Shown: piece by piece, positions 33,488-40,977 of the stretch | How the letters are laid out: each line of letters opens with the position of its first letter | How positions within the stretch are numbered: position 1 is the stretch's first letter | From: an uncultured bacterium | Lineage (GTDB): Bacteria; Patescibacteriota; Minisyncoccia; Phycocordibacterales; Phycocordibacteraceae | Direction: 5' to 3' | NCBI GenBank assembly: GCA_943914435.1 | Contig: CALUBY010000002.1 | Location: 1 to 43,997 of the forward strand | DNA: 43,997 nucleotides | Position numbers and translations under genes: made by a program | The notes under the pieces: generated by a model | What the model saw: only the letters and a program-made list of their open reading frames with translations | Databases searched by the model: none | What the model was told of the DNA's origin: nothing

Positions 33488-33856
33488 ATGAAATTTCTTC
33501 GTTCGGGAGTAACCGCCGCAGCTGCGCTGGCTATCCTGTCCAGTGCAGGCTACGCCGTGGCTCAATCAAGCGACGGCATGAATCGTCGAGTTGAAGTTCA
33601 CAACCACACGGACACTTCTGTCTTTGAATTCTACGCTTCGACGACGAGAGAAACGTCTTGGGAAGAAGACATTCTCGGCACTAACGTCATCCTTCCTGGT
33701 GCTGAAGTGAGAATGAATCTCGACGACGGCACGAACTTCTGTGAGTACGACATCAAGGTCGTCTTCAGAGGCGGGGTTACGCTGTACGAGGCCTCAGTTA
33801 ACGTCTGTGCAGTTTCTATCATCGACATCTACGCTAACGACATTCGGCCTCGGTAA
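33488..33856 (+). CDS. Small secreted protein (Sec signal peptide, two Cys)
   Basis: 122 aa. The signal peptide is MKFLRSGVTAAAALAILSSAGYAVA-QS. The mature part contains SWEEDILG and two Cys (NFCEYD, NVCAV). Confidence 0.7.
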   Translation: MKFLRSGVTAAAALAILSSAGYAVAQSSDGMNRRVEVHNHTDTSVFEFYASTTRETSWEEDILGTNVILPGAEVRMNLDDGTNFCEYDIKVVFRGGVTLYEASVNVCAVSIIDIYANDIRPR

Positions 33857-33875
33857 GGTCACAAGTAAAACAAAA

Positions 33876-33909
33876 GTCTGGCGGAAACATCTTTCCGCCA
33901 GACTTTTTT
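33876..33909 (+). terminator. Intrinsic terminator
   Basis: GTCTGGCGGAAA-CATC-TTTCCGCCAGAC followed by TTTTTT. Confidence 0.85.
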
Positions 33910-33949
33910 AGTTTTAAACAAGTTAAAATCTTAAATCACTATTTGTTTG

Positions 33950-34020
33950 CTGGGGGACTAGGGATCGAACCTAGATTGAGGGCTTCAAAGGCCCCTGTCC
34001 TACCATTAGACGATCCCCCA
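33950..34020 (-). tRNA. tRNA-Gln (anticodon UUG)
   Basis: A 71-nt cloverleaf was folded by hand: acceptor UGGGGGA/UCCCCCA with U1:A72, anticodon loop CUUUGAA, T arm CUAGG-UUCGAUC-CCUAG, discriminator G. Confidence 0.9.
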
Positions 34021-34159
34021 ATTGAACACACTACTCTCGAACTCTCTAATCCTGCCTGTAAATCTCTATTGTCGCAAGGTTACCCACTGGAGATTTTATC
34101 AGGATTTTATCGGTGTCGTGCGATACTGTATCCTTATCCTTAAACAACCGACACGTCAC

Positions 34160-34435
34160 ATGTCAACCTTTAATACCTTGCGCTCTTATTTGATACGTTC
34201 TAATCCATGGGCATTTCGTGAGACCCCTGAGCGCATTGATTATCATATTGAAAAGGGAGATTATCTTCCCCTCCTCGCCACCGTTATGGGCTTTATGGAA
34301 GAAGCACTTCGCAACAATGATTCCCACGAGGCAAACGCTCGCAAGACTGAAATCGCTCTTAAGCTTGCCTGCGAGCTTCGAGCCGACCTTCGCTACGTAA
34401 GCGCACACTACAAGCTCGAGTCAAAGAAGAAGTAA
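34160..34435 (+). CDS. Hypothetical 91-aa protein
   Basis: The internal ATG was chosen because the 137-aa track ORF begins just 1 nt past the tRNA-Gln gene and runs through its upstream region. Confidence 0.45.
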   Translation: MSTFNTLRSYLIRSNPWAFRETPERIDYHIEKGDYLPLLATVMGFMEEALRNNDSHEANARKTEIALKLACELRADLRYVSAHYKLESKKK

Positions 34436-34464
34436 GCCATCTTGGCTTTCTTGGTGCTTTTGTA

Positions 34465-35496
34465 CTACACACCCGAAAGCTCCATAACCGCAACCTCAAG
34501 AGGTAGTGAAGGGACCGGTGCAAAGCGCATACGGCTTCCTGCCTCAAGAAAACGCAGCAATGTCTCATGCGTAAGTCTTGAGTCTTTTGCGTTTGCAAGT
34601 GCGCTCGCTTCTTCAGCGGCATCCTCGCCCAGTTCCTCCTGAATACTCGCTCGGAGTTCCGGCGCATGACGCAGAAGAAGAATGTGACGCACGTACTCAA
34701 GCACAAGCGACAGGTACAGCTGCATATCAATACCTTGCGTGCCTACCTGCTGAATAACCTCGAGTGCTTTTGCTTGATTGCCTTCTGAAAGACTCAAAAC
34801 AAGCGCATGTACAAGCGCGTGACGAGGTGCGCCCGTCGCACGCTCAACCTCTTCACGGGTGAGCTTTTTGTCGGTTGCCGAGGCAAGCACTTTCTCAAGT
34901 ACAGAAAGCGCATCCCGATATGACCCGTCACCAAGCAAACCGATTAAATCTGCAGCCGCAGAGTCTATGCTGTACCCTTCTTTCTTCGCAATATCCTTTA
35001 CGTGCGCCGTGAGCACGGTGCGGTTTGGCTTCTTAAACGAGAACACCTGACAGCGTGAGCGAACCGTCTCAGGCACCTTCTCAAGCTCTGTTGTCGCAAG
35101 AATAAGCACGACATGCGAAGGAGGTTCTTCAAGGGTCTTGAGCAGTGCATTCCACGCACCCTTTGAGAGCATGTGAGCCTCGTCGAGTATGTACACCTTT
35201 CGTTCTGAGTTAAACGGAAGGGTATGGACGCTCTCGTTTAAAGCACGCACCTCATCAACGCCATTGTTTGAGGCGGCATCAAGCTCATAAATATCACGCT
35301 CGTCAGTCTTTAGCTCGCGGGCAAAGATGCGCGCAATGGAGGTTTTTCCAAGACCGCGTGATCCGGCGAAGAGATACGCATGCCCCACTTTCTTGTCACC
35401 AATTTGAGTTTGGAGCGGAAGAATGACGTGATCCTGCCCGATGATGTCTTTAAACGCCTGAGGGCGGTATGCACGATAGAGCGTCTGGTGTGCCAT
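34465..35496 (-). CDS. dnaX: DNA polymerase III gamma/tau subunit, short form
   Basis: 343 aa with GHAYLFAGSRGLGKTS (Walker A), VYILDEAHML (Walker B) and SRCQVF. There is no tau C-terminal extension. Confidence 0.9.
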   Translation of the reverse strand: MAHQTLYRAYRPQAFKDIIGQDHVILPLQTQIGDKKVGHAYLFAGSRGLGKTSIARIFARELKTDERDIYELDAASNNGVDEVRALNESVHTLPFNSERKVYILDEAHMLSKGAWNALLKTLEEPPSHVVLILATTELEKVPETVRSRCQVFSFKKPNRTVLTAHVKDIAKKEGYSIDSAAADLIGLLGDGSYRDALSVLEKVLASATDKKLTREEVERATGAPRHALVHALVLSLSEGNQAKALEVIQQVGTQGIDMQLYLSLVLEYVRHILLLRHAPELRASIQEELGEDAAEEASALANAKDSRLTHETLLRFLEAGSRMRFAPVPSLPLEVAVMELSGV

Positions 35497-35529
35497 ATGT
35501 GCGCAGTATACCAGGACACACCGGAGACT

Positions 35530-36093
35530 CTACCGCTGGATACAGTTATGGCCCGATCCTCCATTCTCCGCCACCGGCATGACTTCTATACCCCTACTTG
35601 TCGCGCAGTAATAGGTCGTATTTCCATAAGGTCGTCCTTCTGTACCAAACCGGATTGCATAGGTATTTGGGTCATTATCAGGGACACAGCCGCTCGTACT
35701 ACTTGTTGATGAACGATTGCAGTATCTGTAATTAAAATCAGTATTCACTACAGTAAGGGTGCGTTCATACGGTATTGAAGAAAGATATTGACTCAGTCGT
35801 GTACGCAGAGCAGGGTTTGTATTGCCTCCCACTACCGTATACACACCTGAGCCTGTTGTCGGAAGGTCTCCATCAAATCTTGCTAGTTCTAATGCACGTA
35901 TAAGTGCATTCATGTCAGCGATACGTTCCGAATCTCGGCTTTTCATTCGCACAGCGTTGAGACTTGCAAGCACAATAGAAGAAAGGACACCTATGATTGC
36001 AATGACAACCAAGAGTTCAATAAGAGTGAAGCCGCGCGCTGTATTAGCTGCAATCAAACGTTCCTTTCCCATCCGTACCAGCTTACCACGCAC
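35530..36093 (-). CDS. Type IV pilin-like / prepilin-type N-terminal cleavage-methylation protein
   Basis: G|FTLIELLVVIAIIGVLSSIVL motif. The start is either the first ATG or the one at 36072. Confidence 0.85.
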   Translation of the reverse strand: MRGKLVRMGKERLIAANTARGFTLIELLVVIAIIGVLSSIVLASLNAVRMKSRDSERIADMNALIRALELARFDGDLPTTGSGVYTVVGGNTNPALRTRLSQYLSSIPYERTLTVVNTDFNYRYCNRSSTSSTSGCVPDNDPNTYAIRFGTEGRPYGNTTYYCATSRGIEVMPVAENGGSGHNCIQR

Positions 36094-36127
36094 GATTTTG
36101 TAATCAGCTTTTCAAATATAGATGACG

Positions 36128-37096
36128 CTAGATTGGATTCATTGCAATCACCTCCTCCATTTCCGCGGCAGACGTTGCGTCCATAAGCTTTGCGCGCAGA
36201 AGAGCGGCATCATCAAATCCATGCACAAATGCCTTCACGTGCTTACGCACAAGATGGAACGACTTTGCGGGGACCATTGCCTCAAAGTCATATGCAAAAG
36301 AGATAAGTGCCTCGAGTCGCTCTTTAGGGTCAGTGTCTTCGACTGTTCTTCCGGCAAATACCCACGGGTTACCAAATATCCCCCGTCCAATCATTATGCC
36401 GTCACATCCATACGCCTCTACCTTCTGCTTTGCGTCAGCTAGATCAGCAACATCACCATTTCCGATAATCCGTACGTTAGGTGCAAGGCGGTCACGGAGT
36501 GCAACGACACGTGGCATAAGATCCCAGTGTGCCGGCACCTTCGACATCTCCTTTCGTGTTCGCAGATGAACAGTTAGTGCTGCAATAGGCTCTTCAAGAA
36601 GATTTGGAAGCCATTCATCAATTGATTCTTGATTGTAGCCAATGCGTGTCTTTACGGAAACCGGAAGACCGGACTTCAGTGCCGCTTGAATAATCTCTTT
36701 AGCTTTGGCAGGGTCCTTAATCATCGCCGCACCACACCCCTGCTTCTCAATAGACTTGTCCGGGCATCCCATATTTATATCAATGCCATCAAACCCAAAC
36801 TCAGCACAGAGCGTTGCCGTGTATGCCATAGCCTCAGGGTTGCTTGAGAAGAGCTGCGCAACAATAGGACGCTCAGCTTCAGTATAGAGAAGATCACGCA
36901 TGAGCGGATTTTCTGAATCAGGAATGCCTTTCTTCTCGCGCATATGATAAATACCATCGGCGGACACAAACTCAGTCCAGGTAACGTCTGGCTTTCCCTT
37001 CTCCGCAAGCAGCTTTCGATACGCAGGGTCAGTCACATCCGCCATAGGCGCAAGTACGAAAAAAGGCTTCGAGAGCCTGCTCCAAAACGTATCCAT
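36128..37096 (-). CDS. dus: tRNA-dihydrouridine synthase
   Basis: 322 aa with LAPMADVTD, IDINMGCP and the TIM-barrel Dus pattern. Confidence 0.9.
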   Translation of the reverse strand: MDTFWSRLSKPFFVLAPMADVTDPAYRKLLAEKGKPDVTWTEFVSADGIYHMREKKGIPDSENPLMRDLLYTEAERPIVAQLFSSNPEAMAYTATLCAEFGFDGIDINMGCPDKSIEKQGCGAAMIKDPAKAKEIIQAALKSGLPVSVKTRIGYNQESIDEWLPNLLEEPIAALTVHLRTRKEMSKVPAHWDLMPRVVALRDRLAPNVRIIGNGDVADLADAKQKVEAYGCDGIMIGRGIFGNPWVFAGRTVEDTDPKERLEALISFAYDFEAMVPAKSFHLVRKHVKAFVHGFDDAALLRAKLMDATSAAEMEEVIAMNPI

Positions 37097-37209
37097 ATGC
37101 TCGTATCCTACCTGCTCAAAGAATATTCGACAACACAGACGGTATGCCGTAAAGTGCGGTCAGAAGATGGATCACTCTGATACATCGATACAGATAGCGG
37201 AGAGACCTG

Positions 37210-37668
37210 ATGCTTAAACAGTGGTCGAGTTTCGCCATTATCAGCATCTATAGAGCTCACCTTGAGGGTTCTCAAGAATTCTTAGTTTATAGAAAAATAA
37301 AGAAACGAGGCAAGGTAGGCACATTTCAGTTTCCGGGTGGCTCAAACGGGTACGGAGACACAAACCCTATGGTGACGCTTAAGCGCGCCGTAAAGAATCA
37401 AACAGGTATCGATCTAAACAGGTTTAGCACCATTCGCCGAATTTGTTGTGAGAACACCGATATTGAAAGTACTCGCTCGGACAGAGAACTTACCAAATCG
37501 GTACGATACTACCAAGTTCACATCGATGTCGACGCCTTCATCGACCGTACCGGATTCGAAATGGGCGCAGACGAGACGATGCAATGGGTAGATGCCGGAT
37601 GGATCCTTGGGCACGAAAGTTTCTCCAAGAGTGACAAGGCTGCGTTGCGGCTCTGCCTCAACTCATGA
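37210..37668 (+). CDS. Nudix-fold-like protein with degenerate Nudix box
   Basis: FPGGSNGYGDTNPMVTLKRAVKNQTGI occupies the position of GX5EX7REUXEEXGU, but the RE/EE glutamates are replaced (RA, NQ). Confidence 0.5.
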   Translation: MLKQWSSFAIISIYRAHLEGSQEFLVYRKIKKRGKVGTFQFPGGSNGYGDTNPMVTLKRAVKNQTGIDLNRFSTIRRICCENTDIESTRSDRELTKSVRYYQVHIDVDAFIDRTGFEMGADETMQWVDAGWILGHESFSKSDKAALRLCLNS

Positions 37669-37702
37669 CGCATGTGGAACCAATCCCGCATGCGTCTTTT
37701 TT

Positions 37703-38731
37703 TTATTCAGAAACAGACTCAGGTACCTCGGTCCTTTTAAAATACGCCTTGCCTGAGAATCGCAGGTCTACATACTGAATCGAACCATCGTTAAGACTAA
37801 GCTGCGGAAACACACTTGCGGCAATGCCCACGGCCTCCTGCTCACGTCCGAGCACATACGTAATACGCGTACCTGCCTCAGTACGAAGATCTGCCTCGTC
37901 TCCTCGGAGGGTAACGGATACTACGTCAGCGCCAAGAGTTTGGATTGCCTTAACAAAACGAAGCACACCCGGAATACCGGACGCATGACTCATGCGAGCT
38001 CGTATAGGCGAGTCTCCTTCCTGCTCAAGAGAACCGTATACTTTTAGTTTCTGGGTAGACGAAGAAACGCCGACAGGACTTGGTGCAAAAATAAGCCCCT
38101 CTGCATTCACGCTGTAGCAAAGCTCACTTGGTGTCTCGATAGATACTCCACACCAAGAAAAAGCCTCAGCACGCGGAAGCGTTGTTATACGTAGACCCTG
38201 CAAGCCGTCAGATGCAATCGATATCGCTTCGATGTCTGGATGCCCTTCAAGAATGACAGCACGTATGTCTTCTTCGGGAAGAAAGAAAAGAGAGTTTCGA
38301 GGCAAAATAAACGCATGCGTTCCTTGAAGAGTGTGGGTAGCGAGCACCTTAACCTCTTCTCCATGAGGCCCTTCAGCGGAAACACTATTCACTCGAAGCA
38401 TCGGCATCCATGCGGCATAGAAAAGAGCAGCGACAAAAAGAAGCGTAACGATGCCGAGCGTGATAATAAGTGCACGCTTGTTCTTCTTGCGGCGTTTCTT
38501 TAAAGGCTCTTTCGCTTCCGGTCGTGTCTTTTTTCCTCGTGCAAGCGTAACGTTTCGGGTTGATACCGGAGCAGCTTTTGCGGGAGTACGAGTTGCCGCA
38601 GAAGACCTGCGTACAGAAGGCATGTCCTGCATAGAGCGAGGCACCGACGACGACCGCGAAGCGCTTGGCTTCACGGGAGAAGAAGGCTTGGGCGCTCTAG
38701 GCGCAATGTCCCAGGATTTCTTTGCCGACAT
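37703..38731 (-). CDS. ftsQ: FtsQ/DivIB-like cell-division protein (basic N-tail, TM helix, POTRA-like domain)
   Basis: TM helix ALIITLGIVTLLFVAALFYAAW followed by RVNSVSAEG... The start is uncertain. The track ORF overlaps serS by 95 nt, ATG 38731 overlaps it by 35 nt, and ATG 38632 gives no overlap. Confidence 0.65.
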   Translation of the reverse strand: MSAKKSWDIAPRAPKPSSPVKPSASRSSSVPRSMQDMPSVRRSSAATRTPAKAAPVSTRNVTLARGKKTRPEAKEPLKKRRKKNKRALIITLGIVTLLFVAALFYAAWMPMLRVNSVSAEGPHGEEVKVLATHTLQGTHAFILPRNSLFFLPEEDIRAVILEGHPDIEAISIASDGLQGLRITTLPRAEAFSWCGVSIETPSELCYSVNAEGLIFAPSPVGVSSSTQKLKVYGSLEQEGDSPIRARMSHASGIPGVLRFVKAIQTLGADVVSVTLRGDEADLRTEAGTRITYVLGREQEAVGIAASVFPQLSLNDGSIQYVDLRFSGKAYFKRTEVPESVSE

Positions 38732-39974
38732 ACGGGACGAGTGCTTCAGGGACACGGATTGTGCCGTCCTCATTTTGATAGTTCTCAACAATCATCGCGA
38801 GCACACGAGGCATCGCGATAGCGGTGTTGTTAAGGGAATGGGGGAACTTGAGAGTTCCATCAAGAGCACGGTACCGCGTGTTTAGGCGACGAGTCTGGAA
38901 ATCATGGAAATAGGAAGACGAGTGAGTCTCGCGATACGTGTTCTGCGAAGGCATCCATGCTTCGATGTCGTACTTCTTTACCTGACCAAGACCAAGATCT
39001 CCTCCACAGTTAACAACCGTTCGGTACGGCACGTTTAGGCGCTGGAGGAATTCTTCAGCGTTCATCGTAAGTTCTTCGTGTAGACGGACCGACTCTTCAT
39101 GTGACGCTTCACACAGAACAACCTGTTCCCACTTAAAGAATTCATGGACACGGATTAATCCCTTAGTGTCTTTGCTGTGACTTCCCGCTTCACGACGGAA
39201 ACACGGAGAATACGAAACAAACTTCTTAGGGAGTTCGGAGACCTCGAGCGTCTCGTCCATGTGGTACGCCATAGTGGCAACCTCGCCCGTTCCTGCAAGG
39301 TATTCGCTGTCCTGTGTTTTATAGAGATCCTCTTCACCCTGCGGGAGGTACCCCGTTCCCATAAATGCCTCACGGCGCACGAGCGAAGGCACTATCATGG
39401 GTGTGAATCCCTTTTGTACGAAGTGCGTGAGAGCAAGCTGCGATACCGCGTTTGCAAGCAGTACCCCGTCCCCCTTAAGGAAGTAACCACGGAAACCAGC
39501 GACCTTAGCACCTCGCTCAAAGTCAGCCATGTCTGCGTTGGTCATGAGTTCAACATGATCCTTTGGCGTGAACGAAAACGTTGGCATGTCGCCCCAGGTG
39601 CGAACCTGTACATTGTCTGCATCAGACTCACCTTCGGGCACCGTCATGTCCGGAATGTTTGGCACCATGAGCATAAGCTTCTGCCACTCCTCCATAACCG
39701 TTTTATGCTTTTCCTCAAGCTCAGTCATGCTGTCTTTTACAAAGCGCATGGCCTCAAGCAGCTTCTCGCGCTCTTCGCCCGAGGCGAGTGCAATGGTTTT
39801 ACTGGCATGGTTTTGCTCAGCCCGCTTTGCGTCAAGTTGCTGACGAAGCGCTTTGCGCTCATCGTCAACCGTGAGAAGACGGTCCACGTCCATGTCGATG
39901 TGCTTTTTAGCAGCACCCATCTTTATGAGCTCAGCGTTCTCCCGTATGAAGTGAATATCAAGCATTGTTAGCAC
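38697..39974 (-). CDS. serS: Serine--tRNA ligase
   Basis: 425 aa with an N-terminal coiled-coil arm and class II motifs (FRREAGS, GGDLGLGQVKKYDIEAW, SSYFHDFQTRRL). Confidence 0.95.
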   Translation of the reverse strand: MLTMLDIHFIRENAELIKMGAAKKHIDMDVDRLLTVDDERKALRQQLDAKRAEQNHASKTIALASGEEREKLLEAMRFVKDSMTELEEKHKTVMEEWQKLMLMVPNIPDMTVPEGESDADNVQVRTWGDMPTFSFTPKDHVELMTNADMADFERGAKVAGFRGYFLKGDGVLLANAVSQLALTHFVQKGFTPMIVPSLVRREAFMGTGYLPQGEEDLYKTQDSEYLAGTGEVATMAYHMDETLEVSELPKKFVSYSPCFRREAGSHSKDTKGLIRVHEFFKWEQVVLCEASHEESVRLHEELTMNAEEFLQRLNVPYRTVVNCGGDLGLGQVKKYDIEAWMPSQNTYRETHSSSYFHDFQTRRLNTRYRALDGTLKFPHSLNNTAIAMPRVLAMIVENYQNEDGTIRVPEALVPYVGKEILGHCA

Positions 39975-40046
39975 TATACGGCAGGTTGCCCTCTCAGAAA
40001 AGCCGGACTTTATCGTTTCTCTATCTTCGATAGGGATACTGTAAGG

Positions 40047-40913
40047 ATGGAGATATACACCCTTACAAAGGACGCGTTTAAAGATGCGGGTATTGGTTCA
40101 CTCTTGGAGATTCCAGAACCGCCCGAGACCCTGTGGCTTCGCGGCTCATTACCTGCGCCGCCTATCAAAAAGCTTGCGGTTGTCGGCTCTCGTGCACTTA
40201 CCCCCTACGGTAGACAGGCATGTGAGTCCCTTATCGGAGGTCTTGCGGGCTATCCTATTTCTATAGTGTCGGGTCTTGCCTTTGGTGCAGACGCCTGTGC
40301 ACATAAGGCCGCACTCGCTGCAGGCCTTCACACCATCGCTGTTCCTGGGTCGGGCCTTTCGGATGACGCAATAGCCCCGCGCACCAACCTAGAGCTCGCA
40401 AGAAGTATTCTTCAAAACGGCGGCGCTCTCTTATCGGAACATCCGCCCGACGAGACCGCTCGCTCGCACTACTTCCCTTCACGCAATCGTCTTATGGTGG
40501 GACTCTCAAGCGCGATACTCGTCATAGAGGCAGGTGAACGATCGGGTACTCTCATCACCGCACGTCTTGCCGCAGAGTATTCCCGCGACCTCCTCTGCGT
40601 ACCTCACAGAATGGGTGATCCTCACGGGTTTGCCTCGAGTCTTTTTATTCGTCTTGGCGCGGCGCTTGTTACGGAACCCAAACATATACTCGAGGCTCTC
40701 GGGATAGAAGAGCGTGCAGAGGATCGCACGCTCGACCAATCTCAGTACACCCCAGACGAGGCGAGAGTATTTGAGATTCTCTCTACCCCTCTTACTCGTG
40801 ATGAGGTGATTAGGCTCGCTACACTGCCGGTTGGAAGTACCCTTACCGCCCTTGTTACCCTCGAGTTAAAGGGACATATAAAGGAGGAATTCGGTGCATG
40901 GAGGCGTGTGTAA
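40047..40913 (+). CDS. dprA: DNA-processing protein DprA
   Basis: 288 aa with VVGSRALTPYG, SGLAFGADACAHKAAL and the Rossmann-like DprA core. Confidence 0.9.
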   Translation: MEIYTLTKDAFKDAGIGSLLEIPEPPETLWLRGSLPAPPIKKLAVVGSRALTPYGRQACESLIGGLAGYPISIVSGLAFGADACAHKAALAAGLHTIAVPGSGLSDDAIAPRTNLELARSILQNGGALLSEHPPDETARSHYFPSRNRLMVGLSSAILVIEAGERSGTLITARLAAEYSRDLLCVPHRMGDPHGFASSLFIRLGAALVTEPKHILEALGIEERAEDRTLDQSQYTPDEARVFEILSTPLTRDEVIRLATLPVGSTLTALVTLELKGHIKEEFGAWRRV

Positions 40914-40977
40914 AGATATAGGTCGGATTTCCTTTTCCTTGACCATATATAGGTATGCGCGGTATGTGTTGATAGAC

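Noticed and set aside
34022-34159. N-terminal 46 codons of the 137-aa ORF
   Set aside because: They begin just 1 nt past the tRNA-Gln gene (33950-34020) and run through its upstream region. The ORF was trimmed to the ATG at 34160.
40894-40977. GTG-initiated extension of topA
   Set aside because: It overlaps the end of dprA, and the extension has no similarity to topoisomerase N-termini. MAKRLLIVESPAKA is the canonical TopA start.
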